Made by a program: the position numbers and the translations under genes. From an uncultured bacterium (lineage in GTDB: Bacteria > JAGOEH01), in NCBI GenBank assembly GCA_964632485.1, contig CAZWDO010000020.1, positions 1-64,000 on the forward strand: a stretch of 64,000 bases of DNA. The letters run 5' to 3'. The notes under the pieces were generated by a model. It did no database searches. It had not been told where the DNA came from and saw only the letters and a list, made by a program, of their open reading frames with translations. Every line of letters begins with the position of its first letter. Positions within the stretch are counted from its first letter, which is position 1. Of the stretch, positions 10,218-20,300 are shown one piece after another.

Positions 10218-10468
10218 TACTAATTTTTTAATCCGCATCAGCGATTTGCAAGAATTAGAGAGTTATTTACTAAGATTCACGTGATGGACTGGATGCGGAA
10301 AAAAATCAATAATTACGAAATTTCTCATAAATCATAGAAAAATTAAGGAGTTGAAACGGGAATATCCACTGATTTTGTCATTAATGCCGATTGCCGGTGA
10401 TAGGGATGAATAAACGGGAGTTGTATGAATCGCTAAGTGGCTTGATAGCAAAATTATTAAAATTTTTC

Positions 10469-10497
10469 TTGACAATTGAGTGAAATTTGTTTATCAT
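10469..10497 (+). promoter_or_regulatory. sigma70-like promoter for DUF4412-maf operon
   Basis: TTGACA-N17-TATCAT. Confidence 0.6.
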
Positions 10498-10566
10498 TGA
10501 GCTATGTTTTTTTATGCAGTTTTTTGTCTTAAACCTGGTTCTTATAATCTTAAGGAGGAGTTTTCA

Positions 10567-11610
10567 ATGCGTTTTATCAATTGTGTTTTCGCGCTGCTTT
10601 TTCTAAATAGCACTCTGCTTTTCGCCGATGTGACTGAAGTTACCAAAATTAAAGTGGATATCGCGAAACTGGGATCTTATGCCAGTGAAACGACATCGCG
10701 ATATACCAGCCGCATCAAGGCCGATGATGCGGATAGTAAATTTGAAAGTTCAGGGTTGATGGGAAAATTAGCCGGCTCTTTTTTTGCCAATGGCCGCCTT
10801 GGGTCGATTGTCAATTTGGACGAAAAAAATGTTTACAGCATCGTGTATAAGGAGAAAAAATATTCGGTTCAACCCATTCAAAAAATTTCCATGCCCGAAC
10901 TGGAAGGGAATACCGATGAATCCGATGACGATGAAGGCGAGGCGGCGCCATCACAGGTGAAAGTACTGCGGCAGGAATTTAAAGTGATAGATACGGGCAA
11001 TGAGCAAATGCTGAACGCGTTCAAGGTTCATGAGTATCATATCCATTATCTTTATGAAGTTGAAAATATCAACACCCGGGTCATTCGGACCGATAGTATG
11101 AAAGTGATCGTGATGACCACTGCGCAGGAAAATCTATTTGAACAGGCCAACCGGACTAAAGCGGCATTTCAGAAAGAGTACATGGCCGCGATGGGATTGG
11201 ATTACCAGGATATGGATTACGAATCCATGATGGGAATGAACTGGTTGAAGATCATGCAGTCGCTCGATCCGAAATCGCAGGTAGATGGTAATCAGGCGCC
11301 AACCCTCAATTTTGATGAATTGAAAAAAATTAAGGGCTATCCTGTTTTAACGGACGGCCAGATGTGTAACCGCGTGATTGATCCCAATCAGACTCAAGCT
11401 CAGAGTAGCAGTGGCGATGAGGGAATTCCGACCTCCTTTGGCGGTCTTTTCAATAAAGCCAAGAAAAAAATGGATGATTCCAAAGAGAAGAAAGATCCGA
11501 GCGCTTACCAGGGGTCACTCTCATGGCGTATGGAAACTGTTTCCGTATTGTTAGATGGGATCAGCGCGGATAAACTTGCCGTACCGGCGGGTTTCAAAAA
11601 GACGAAGTGA
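10567..11610 (+). CDS. exported DUF4412-like protein
   Basis: RBS AAGGAGGAG before ATG 10567; signal peptide ending LFA-D; KIKGYPV and C-terminal AVPAGFKK resemble DUF4412-like proteins. Confidence 0.6.
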   Translation: MRFINCVFALLFLNSTLLFADVTEVTKIKVDIAKLGSYASETTSRYTSRIKADDADSKFESSGLMGKLAGSFFANGRLGSIVNLDEKNVYSIVYKEKKYSVQPIQKISMPELEGNTDESDDDEGEAAPSQVKVLRQEFKVIDTGNEQMLNAFKVHEYHIHYLYEVENINTRVIRTDSMKVIVMTTAQENLFEQANRTKAAFQKEYMAAMGLDYQDMDYESMMGMNWLKIMQSLDPKSQVDGNQAPTLNFDELKKIKGYPVLTDGQMCNRVIDPNQTQAQSSSGDEGIPTSFGGLFNKAKKKMDDSKEKKDPSAYQGSLSWRMETVSVLLDGISADKLAVPAGFKKTK

Positions 11611-12248
11611 TGGCAAAATCCCGCGCGCGAAATTGCTCTGAGCCTGGTCCGATCATTCTGGCTTCCCGGTCTCCATATAAAGCGGAGTTACTCCAGCGTC
11701 TGAGGCTGGAGTTTAAGTCGCTGGATCCGATATATGTGGAGGAACATGACCTGGCTCTGGAACCGGTTGAGAAGGCCCGCTATCTGGCTGAACAAAAGGT
11801 TCGCAGTCTGTTGGGGGATTATCCTCGCTCCTTCATTATCGGATCTGACCAATTGCTTTATTGCGATGGCGAACTATTGAAAAAACCGGGTAGCCGGGAA
11901 AAGGCGATTGAGCAGCTTAAGTCGATGCGCCGCGCTAAACGCGTCTGTTTTTATACGGGCATTGCGCTTTATACTCCCTTGTTAGAAAGGGTTTTCAGTA
12001 AAACTGTTCTCTGCAGGGTCTATTTGCGAAAGAATCTGACCGATGAAGAGCTGGAGAATTATGTGGATTTGGACCAGCCGTATAATTGCGCGGGGGCGTT
12101 TAAAATTGAATCACTGGGAATTATCCTGATGAGCCGTATTGTCACTCACGATTACACGTCATTGATCGGGCTGCCATTGATCGCACTCTACGGATTGATG
12201 CGCCAGGGCCGCCTGCCAATTTTGACGTTTGCCGCTGACGATGATTAA
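11607..12248 (+). CDS. maf: Maf-family nucleotide pyrophosphatase, YceF (m7GTP) type
   Basis: IILASRSPY, IIGSDQ, KKPG, CAGAFKIESLG, LIGLPL. SDQ and CAG are YceF-like signatures. Confidence 0.88.
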   Translation: MMAKSRARNCSEPGPIILASRSPYKAELLQRLRLEFKSLDPIYVEEHDLALEPVEKARYLAEQKVRSLLGDYPRSFIIGSDQLLYCDGELLKKPGSREKAIEQLKSMRRAKRVCFYTGIALYTPLLERVFSKTVLCRVYLRKNLTDEELENYVDLDQPYNCAGAFKIESLGIILMSRIVTHDYTSLIGLPLIALYGLMRQGRLPILTFAADDD

Positions 12249-13620
12249 ACATTCGATAGTTTTTTTTCTTACATTACTTTTTTTTACGGGGGTGGTCTTA
12301 GCGCTGCCCCCTTATAGCTTCTGCTGGATCGCGCTGGTTTTGTTTTTCCCACTGGCTTTGGGAGATATTCTATGGCCCCGGACCGCTATGCTGTATTTTG
12401 CAGCCGGGGGAGCGGTTGCCGGAGGTTTAGTCCTGGTGTTGCCGGATACGCCACATCCCGCGCTTTTTTGGGCGCTGGCGGTCGTTTCTTACTCGTTGGT
12501 GAAAATGATTTTATTAAAAATTATTCCTCAGCGCCACTGGGTCTGGCTTCTCTTCCCCGCGACCTGGGCTGTCGCGCTGGATTTTCTCCGTTCTCTCTTA
12601 TGGGGGAATCTTTATGGGTTTAGTTCATATCTGTCCGATTTTCCTTTTCTACTGAAAAGCATGTCAGTATTGGGCCCCCGTCTGCCATTATTTTGTCTGG
12701 TTTTATTGGTATATGCGCTGCTTGACGGTATCATCCATTCGTCATGGAAAGGATGGATTCGCCGGGGTATAGGAATTGGGGTTTTCCTGGTTTTTTTTAT
12801 TTGGACCGGGATGTCGGATAATCTGAGTATTGTTAGCCATACGGCAGTAATGTTGAACTTTTCAGAGTCTAAAGCGAACAAATTGACGTGGAATGAGTTA
12901 TATCGTGATTGTGATCGTTTGTTGGACCATTATCAGAATCGTATCGAACCATTAGGATCGGTTATGCTGCCTTTCTTGCCTTTAATCGTTCCGCATGGCA
13001 GTGAAGATTCCTTATGGGATGCATGGGGAGATATCGCCATGAAGTACCGGCAGTATATTATACTCGGATGTAGTGATACGATACTCAACAATCAATTGAT
13101 CGTGGTTTTCAATCCACTGGGTGATTTGATAGAAATCGGCGAACAGCGGACATTTTTTCCCGGTCCCCGAGGTCGCGTACAAAAGGGTGATTATACGTTT
13201 GCCGCCGCATTGAAATTGGGGAATTGCGGTTTTTTGTTAAATGAAGAAATTTTTTATGATTTCCCCATACAAGTATTAAGTAGAAACCAGTACCAATTTG
13301 TTTACAATACCAGCAATATATCACTCGCGCATGAATGGCCGGAAATATTGCGCGCCTTGCAGGTGGCGGCTTTGACCTGGCGGATGAGTGTAATTGCTAA
13401 TATTACCGGCCGGGGGCTGCTGGTGATTGATGCGAACGGATCTCTGTTGTTGAATCGTCAATTTGAGACTGATGATTTTCTGTTTTTGAAAATTGATGCG
13501 CCGGGAGGGGTCGGTTGCAGCCGCTATGCGGTTTGGGGCGATCTATTTGCGTACGCGTCTATCGGATTTATGGGAATGATGGTTGCATATTTTATTTATC
13601 GGTATATACGTTCTGAATGA
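12241..13620 (+). CDS. Lnt (apolipoprotein N-acyltransferase)-like membrane protein, degenerate nitrilase domain
   Basis: N-terminal TM bundle (LALPPY...W.ALDFLRS), soluble domain with ITGRGLLVIDANG, then YAVWGDLF and a last TM. The catalytic E/K/C positions are not conserved. Confidence 0.65.
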   Translation: MIKHSIVFFLTLLFFTGVVLALPPYSFCWIALVLFFPLALGDILWPRTAMLYFAAGGAVAGGLVLVLPDTPHPALFWALAVVSYSLVKMILLKIIPQRHWVWLLFPATWAVALDFLRSLLWGNLYGFSSYLSDFPFLLKSMSVLGPRLPLFCLVLLVYALLDGIIHSSWKGWIRRGIGIGVFLVFFIWTGMSDNLSIVSHTAVMLNFSESKANKLTWNELYRDCDRLLDHYQNRIEPLGSVMLPFLPLIVPHGSEDSLWDAWGDIAMKYRQYIILGCSDTILNNQLIVVFNPLGDLIEIGEQRTFFPGPRGRVQKGDYTFAAALKLGNCGFLLNEEIFYDFPIQVLSRNQYQFVYNTSNISLAHEWPEILRALQVAALTWRMSVIANITGRGLLVIDANGSLLLNRQFETDDFLFLKIDAPGGVGCSRYAVWGDLFAYASIGFMGMMVAYFIYRYIRSE

Positions 13621-13650
13621 TTGATATCAACTTTATAACAGGGAGAATGA

Positions 13651-14196
13651 ATGGAACCCGTTATTTTTTTAGCAGGTGAAAAAGTATATCTGCGGCCGGT
13701 GGAAAATTCGGATCAAGCAATGGTATATCGCGGGAAAAACGACCCCCGGGTTCGTGAAACTCTTTTTCTTTTTTATCCACTATCGTTCGAAGAGATCGGC
13801 CGTGAACAGCAAAGTTGGTTGTCGGCGCGGGAAAATGTCGCGCTGACGATATGCAATCGTGAGGATCATCAAGCCGTTGGTCAAACCGCTTATTTGCGAA
13901 TCGATTATATCAGCCGGGCTGCGATTTTTTACCTCGCGATCTACAACCCTGAGCATTGGGGCCGGGGATATGCCGGTGAAGCCACTCGTTTGATGACGCA
14001 ATACGGTTTCGATACGCTGAATTTCAATCGCATTCAGTTGCATGTGTTTTGTGATAATATAGCCGCAGTAAAAGCATATCAAAAGGCCGGTTTCCAGATC
14101 GAAGGCACTTTGCGCGAGGCGATGTATCACCATGATCGCTACTGTGATTTTTATGTGATGGGGATATTGCGCCGTGATTATTATCGGACGGTTTGA
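13651..14196 (+). CDS. GNAT N-acetyltransferase, RimJ/RimL family
   Basis: VYLRPVE, HWGRGYAGEA, NIAAVKAYQKAGFQIEGTLRE. Confidence 0.9.
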   Translation: MEPVIFLAGEKVYLRPVENSDQAMVYRGKNDPRVRETLFLFYPLSFEEIGREQQSWLSARENVALTICNREDHQAVGQTAYLRIDYISRAAIFYLAIYNPEHWGRGYAGEATRLMTQYGFDTLNFNRIQLHVFCDNIAAVKAYQKAGFQIEGTLREAMYHHDRYCDFYVMGILRRDYYRTV

Positions 14197-14210
14197 AACG
14201 ATACTCTTAT

Positions 14211-14240
14211 AAGCGGGAGTGATGTTTTTCACTCCCGCTT
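14211..14240. terminator. hairpin between convergent genes (likely bidirectional terminator)
   Basis: Perfect 12-bp stem AAGCGGGAGTGA-tgtttt-TCACTCCCGCTT. Confidence 0.75.
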
Positions 14241-14247
14241 TATCAAT

Positions 14248-17200
14248 TTATTTCACTAACATCATTGATCTGCTGATGACGCCATCGGAATGGGTCAGTT
14301 GGTAGAGATAGACGCCGGAAGAGATATTGGCGCCATTGAATTCGACGCTATGGGTTCCTGCGGAGAGATTTTCTTCGATTAAGCGAGCTACTTCCCGGCC
14401 TATCAGATCATAGACGGTTAGTTTGGTGAATCCACTGCGATTCAGGTGAAAACTAATCGTGGTAGTGGGATTGAAGGGATTGGGGTAGTTTTGTTGAAGG
14501 CTGAGTCCCTGCTTTTCAACTTGGGTATCTGAATCAGAAATGCCGACCGGGATCAGTGATTTTTGTACGCATCGCAGATTGTCAAAATAGATTTTGCCGC
14601 TGAGCGCTCCGCCTTCGGGCCGGGTCAGTTGGTAGCTGTCCATTCTGAAGGGCACGTCGCTCATATTATGGTCGCCCAGCCAGTCCCCGCATTGCGAGCG
14701 GTCGAAGAGGTCCCATTCCACCAGCCGCCAGCCGTACCAATCGATGGTAGTCCACTGGGAAACCTGCAGCGCAACGGCTGTGCCGCGTTTACCGCGGATA
14801 CTGAAACGGAACTGATTCATACTGCTGTCGCCGTAGATATAGGTTTGCAGGGTGTAGCTCGAATCAAATTCGGTGGTTTGGGGAGTGCCGCTGCTGAGGT
14901 ATTCGCGGATCAGGTATTCACTCGCCGCGGGATCCCAGGAATACTCCATATAGGCCGATCGCCGATTGATTGGTTTGGAACCGGTACTGGGCAGATAGAG
15001 ATTTTTATCGTAGCCCCAATTGCATTCTGCGCTGATAGTGCCGATCGTTGACCCGCTGTAATCGGGGTCCTGCCAGCCATAGGTTGATTTGAAATCGTCC
15101 AGCATTATGGTGTCGGTATTGGGATAAGCCGCTGTGGAAAATGTGATTTGAACCTCTTCCTGCATAGGATTGCCCAACGAATCGGTGATGCTGTTTTTGA
15201 GCTGAACCTCGTATTGGGCGGAGGGCAGTAGGGGATTATTGGTTTTAAGGCTGATCAGCGAGCGGCGGTTGATTTCGCTGAGTTGTATGTCGATTTCCTG
15301 GTTTTGATTGTTGAAACTCAACATGACGCTGGTCGCATCCACGGTAGCGGGGTCCAGTGTTTCGTTAAACATGAAGTTAATGACATCATCCGNNNNNNNN
15401 NNCTCAAAATTGGTGAGTGAGGATTGAATTTGGGGATAGCTGGAAGTTACAGCGGGACCGGTGATGTCCTGGTTTTCGCTGGTGAAATGGAGGGTTAAGC
15501 CTGCATCGAGCGCCAGGCCCAGTTGATCGGTAGCGGCTACGGAGAGAGTTAGTGTATAGTTTGTGGCAAAATCGAATTGGGTTTGGGGACAGATGCTTAG
15601 AATCGGGCGGCCCCATGCGCCGTTTTCCAAACGCCAGCGCAAGTTTAGCGCAATTGATGGCGTAATTTCCAGCGCATTTTCCACGCTAGCCGTATCCATA
15701 TCCTTGGAAAATAGTATTATAATCGAATCCACCAGGTCCAGGGTATCGCTATCGGCGTGATTGATGTCAATGATCGAGGGCGGAAGGGTAGGGAGTGGAT
15801 CGCTGTTGACAACCGTTGAAATCGCTGACTTATGTTGGTAGCGATCGCTGATAGTCGCGCCGTAGTAATAAGCGCCGGCAAAGTTTTGGGAGCCATCGAA
15901 GGTTTCTGTGTAAGTAACGGCATCCGCTCCAAATTTTATTCCCACTATGGCGTCGCTGTCGGGATCAATCGTGGCATCTTCGGAACGATAAAGCATAATC
16001 CAATAGTTACTATCTTCGGTAATTTCTTTGAGTTTGGCGAGTTTGGATGGTGGCGTGACGGTCAGTTCATAGTTCATTGAATCAATTTTTTGAATGGACA
16101 GAGCGGGAGCTGCGGGAGCTAAGGGAGAGCTGCCAGGAATATGCCGCACTCTGGTTTTTTTTTGAAAGAACGTATGTCCCGCTTCGTCCCAATAGCGGTT
16201 CCCCTGCCAACTGCTGTAACTGAAGAACTGAAATCCGTCGGTCCATTCGATGCCGCGGCAGGCATTGACGACCGATGGATGGTTATTCCAGACATTTGAT
16301 TCATCGAAGATATAGGAGCCAGGTCCGACCGAATAGAGCCGGCCAGCGTCAATTCCTTCCCCGATATATGGATACCATGATTGAGCTCCGTCGTTTTGCA
16401 GCATTCCGGTAAATCCGGAAGCGCTTGTCCAGTGGTAATGCATTGGCATTAATTGATCGACGTAGCCTTTGTTGAACCATAAGGCGGCATCCTGATAAAC
16501 GTCGCCGTAACCCTGCCAGCTTCCCCAGTTATACCGGCCCAATACAGCAGCGGATAACCGGACCCATGGTTTTTGGGACTTGATAGAATCCTGCAGTGTG
16601 TGAACGAATTCCGTCACCGATGAGCGCCAGAAACTTTCCCAACTGGAGAATTTAGCGCCATTAGCGCTGTCAGGAATTCCCGCGCTATAGGGATGATCGG
16701 CATCATAGAGATAGCGGCTGCTCTGGGAGTCCTTCATCGCGGCCAGTGCTTCCTGCGTGATCATTCCATCCAGCATGCGTTCCGCTGGGATGGGTTTATA
16801 CATTTGATTATTGAAGAGTTTACTGGAATATTCGTTATATCTCACGTAATCCAGATGAATTCCGTCGATATCGTAATTGCGGACGATTTCCATGGCGACG
16901 TTTACCGTGTATTCGCGAACAGCCGCCATTCCGGGCGAAAGGCTGACACTGGAGGTCATGGGATTGCCATCGCGGTCCCGGCTAATCCATTCGGGATGTT
17001 CCTGCGCGGGAGCGCCTTCAGCCGTGCTGGCGCATTGGAAGGTATTGAACCAGGCATGGACTTCCATTCCACGTTTGTGGGCTTCTTCAATGGCGTAGGC
17101 CAAGGGATCATAACCCGGATCGCTACCGCCAGCGTATGAGCCCCACGGTTCGTATTGGGAGTTGTAGTAGGCGGTACCCCCCTGGCGGACATGCCAGATC

Positions 17201-17397
17201 ACGGCATTCATGTTCGCTGCCTGGAGGTGATCAAGTATTGTGCGGCAGCGTTCTTTGTTTTGCTCCACCGAATTGCTCGAAGACATCAGGTCCCAGGTAA
17301 TTACCCAGATGGATCGGAATTCTTCATTTCCGATTTGCGCGGACAGTGTGCATACCATTAAAACCAGTATTGTTAGAATTCTTCGGTAATCTTTCAT
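14248..17397 (-). CDS. secreted GHL10 (DUF187) glycoside hydrolase with two Ig-like (Big_5-type) domains and T9SS-type C-terminal sorting domain
   Basis: EFRSIWV, DPLAYAIEEAHKRGMEVHAWFN, YDIDGIHLDYVRY; C-terminal LQQNYPNPFNPTTTISF...SSGVYLY; signal peptide. Start ATG 17397 (RBS AAGGAG). N-gap at 15393-15402. Confidence 0.85.
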   Translation of the reverse strand: MKDYRRILTILVLMVCTLSAQIGNEEFRSIWVITWDLMSSSNSVEQNKERCRTILDHLQAANMNAVIWHVRQGGTAYYNSQYEPWGSYAGGSDPGYDPLAYAIEEAHKRGMEVHAWFNTFQCASTAEGAPAQEHPEWISRDRDGNPMTSSVSLSPGMAAVREYTVNVAMEIVRNYDIDGIHLDYVRYNEYSSKLFNNQMYKPIPAERMLDGMITQEALAAMKDSQSSRYLYDADHPYSAGIPDSANGAKFSSWESFWRSSVTEFVHTLQDSIKSQKPWVRLSAAVLGRYNWGSWQGYGDVYQDAALWFNKGYVDQLMPMHYHWTSASGFTGMLQNDGAQSWYPYIGEGIDAGRLYSVGPGSYIFDESNVWNNHPSVVNACRGIEWTDGFQFFSYSSWQGNRYWDEAGHTFFQKKTRVRHIPGSSPLAPAAPALSIQKIDSMNYELTVTPPSKLAKLKEITEDSNYWIMLYRSEDATIDPDSDAIVGIKFGADAVTYTETFDGSQNFAGAYYYGATISDRYQHKSAISTVVNSDPLPTLPPSIIDINHADSDTLDLVDSIIILFSKDMDTASVENALEITPSIALNLRWRLENGAWGRPILSICPQTQFDFATNYTLTLSVAATDQLGLALDAGLTLHFTSENQDITGPAVTSSYPQIQSSLTNFEXXXXDDVINFMFNETLDPATVDATSVMLSFNNQNQEIDIQLSEINRRSLISLKTNNPLLPSAQYEVQLKNSITDSLGNPMQEEVQITFSTAAYPNTDTIMLDDFKSTYGWQDPDYSGSTIGTISAECNWGYDKNLYLPSTGSKPINRRSAYMEYSWDPAASEYLIREYLSSGTPQTTEFDSSYTLQTYIYGDSSMNQFRFSIRGKRGTAVALQVSQWTTIDWYGWRLVEWDLFDRSQCGDWLGDHNMSDVPFRMDSYQLTRPEGGALSGKIYFDNLRCVQKSLIPVGISDSDTQVEKQGLSLQQNYPNPFNPTTTISFHLNRSGFTKLTVYDLIGREVARLIEENLSAGTHSVEFNGANISSGVYLYQLTHSDGVISRSMMLVK

Positions 17398-20300
17398 TTC
17401 GGACTCCTTTGGTTTGGGTCGAAGGCTTTCACTTGAGCCACAAAAGCCTGAATACGTGTGTTCAAATTGATACTGCCATTGCCGTCGAAGGCAATATTGA
17501 GCCAGGGCAGGTCGTTGAGATGGGTGCGGACTGTATCGCTCAGCGCGCTGACAATATTCCCGGGCATACAGCCAAAAGGCATGGTATTGACTATCCCGGT
17601 GGCTCCTTTCTGGTGATAATCGAAGGCTTTGGCAATCGTCAGACACGCTTCGCTTTCATATTGCCGAGATAGATAGGCTTCGCTATAGTCCAGCAGTTGG
17701 GGAATAATGGGTTCTTTGTTGTTTCGCAAATGGTGATGAAAATCCAGTTCGTACCTCCTTTCAATTCGATGTTGTATGAAATCGGTAATGATTGTTCCAA
17801 AGAGAGTTTTCCAGTCTTTTTTCAGGCGGGTGTGATATTTGCGGGTATGATTGGTATAATACACCCATTCTGAAATGGTGGGCAGCCAGACTTCGAGTCC
17901 CGCTACTTCCAGTTGACGGGCGATCTGTTCATTGCTGAACTCGTGGTTGCGTACGAAGATTTCACCCACTAAGCCCACTACTGGCCGGCTGCCTTTTTTT
18001 TCAACCGGGATGGCCTGGAATTCGCGGATGAGAGAATCCGCTAATTCGCGGGGATTCCGTTTTTGCTCGATGTGATGGCATATTTTTTCCAGCCAATCCT
18101 GATAGACTTGGTCCGTTTTCCCTGCCTGTCGTTCGTAGGGTCGGGTTTCGCGCAAGAGTTTCCCCAACATTTCACTTAAGATGATACTGTTCCAGGCCAA
18201 TAATTCAAATCCGCGGTTGGAAATCCGCAATTCCCGATAAAAATCTTTGCCCTGGTTGGGGTTGATAAAATAGACATTTTGATAGCCCATTTCATTCAGC
18301 ACCAAGTTTTGCATAAAATGGTACTGGCCGAAACGGCAGGGACCGGTGGCGGAAGGCATGAAAAATGCCAATCGGTCATGATTGCCGTTTTCCTGGTGGA
18401 TAATTTTGATGATATCGCCCAGAGTGACAAGGTACGGGTAGCACTCTTTGCCGGTACTGTATTTCCGTCCCAGTTCGAGCGTTTTTTCATCCGAGGGGGG
18501 AAATACGCGGGCATCGATTTGATAGGCGCGGAATGCGGCGGCGATCGTATGGGCCTGATCGCCCATGTGGGGTATATATAGAATCCGTTGGGCGAGATCG
18601 TGTTTTCGGAAATAGGGTTTTCTCACATGATATTCATGGCGTTTATGTTCGGCCGGAATATTTTCCAAACTATCGAGAAAGGCCTCGCAACGCGTGATGA
18701 GACCGGCATCCGCACTGTGCTCGTCGATTTCCAGCGTCAGAAATGGTTTGTGGCCGAATTCCCGTTCCCCGTATTGTAGTATATAAGAATCGGGGCCGCA
18801 ACCGAAATTGGTAACGTAAACACCATAGAGATTAGGATCGCCGGCAATGTACTTAATCGCCGCTAATATCTTTTGTCCGTAATGCCAGAACATATTGGGA
18901 TAATCCTGTCCGATGGGAACATCCTGCAGGGGAAGATAATCCATGGAAATAACGGATACTCCCATTTTCTGCAGTTTGGCCGCCAGATCAAGGTTCAAAC
19001 CGCTATCGCCGACATTGTAGGAACGGCCGATGAGAACCAGAACTTTGCGGTTTTGTTGTTCCATTTCCCGGAGATAGGTCCGGCCTGTTTCCAACAGGTC
19101 GCTTTGGAATAATTGCTGGGCATCTTCTGCTTTTTGCAGTGCTTGGTATAACCGTTTTTTGCCCTGGACAGCGAGTTCTGGAATTTGTAATAGCTCACCT
19201 ACGATATGTGAATCTCCATATTTCATCTGAATGTTGGGCTGCCAAACAGGGATGGAACAGTTCGTTTGTTTGAGTATGGGGCGGATTATATCGGGAAAAC
19301 TCTGGACCATGGGGCAGGCATGGGTATGGGTTGTGCCGGCATATTTGATGGGGGTGTTGATAAAGTTGGGGATAAAGAGCGCATCAATCGGTTGTTGAGC
19401 GAGTTCACTGATATGGCCCATGGCCACTTTAACGGGGTAGCAGCTTTCGGTGGTAAAGAGGCTTAGCCCTCGACGGATCGTCACTGGGCTGGTTTTCCGG
19501 CTGGTAACAATGCGAAAATTCAGCGCATTAAAAAAGGTTTGCCAAAAGGGCAGATACTCCCAGAAAAAGAGGCCCATAGGAATACCGATTGTGAGTCCTT
19601 TCTCATTAACATCTTGTTTTGAGAGAGAGTCGGTCAGTCGTTTCCAGCGCTGTTCAAGTAAATTTATCGGCAATTGAGTATTTTTAAGTTTTTGCTTGTC
19701 AATATTATATTTTTCGCAGCGGCTGCCGTAATAGAGGGGCGCGCGGCCGCTGATTGATACCTGATGGATTTCGCACAGGTTTTCGCATTCGCGGCAATTA
19801 AAGGTTTGCGAGTGTGTTTTATGTCGGCTCAGATCGAATCCTTCAAAACGGGTTTTGAACGCGGTTTGCCGCCAGTTTTCCAGAGCCAGCGCGGCGATCC
19901 CGATGGCGCCGGTTACATTGTTATGGTCGGGGACTTGAACCGGTTTGCCCAGGATCAGTTCGAAAGCGGCGCAGACCGCCAGATTGTTGGCCACTCCTCC
20001 CTGGAAAAGTATCGTGTTCCCGATTTTCCGATGAACAACGACTTTGTTCAGGTAATTATAGGCAATGGAATAAGCCAGGCCGGCAATCAGATTAGCGCGG
20101 TCGTAGCCTTGATGAAAATGGCGTTTAAGATCGGATTCGATGAATACTGTACATCGTTCGCCTAAACGGGCTGGTTGCTCCGCCTCAAAGGCGATGCGGG
20201 CAAATTCGTCTTTAATCGATACGTTCAGTTCATGCGCTTGTTCTTCCAAAAATGAACCAGTGCCGGCGGCGCAGACTTTGTTCATTTCAAAATCGATGAC

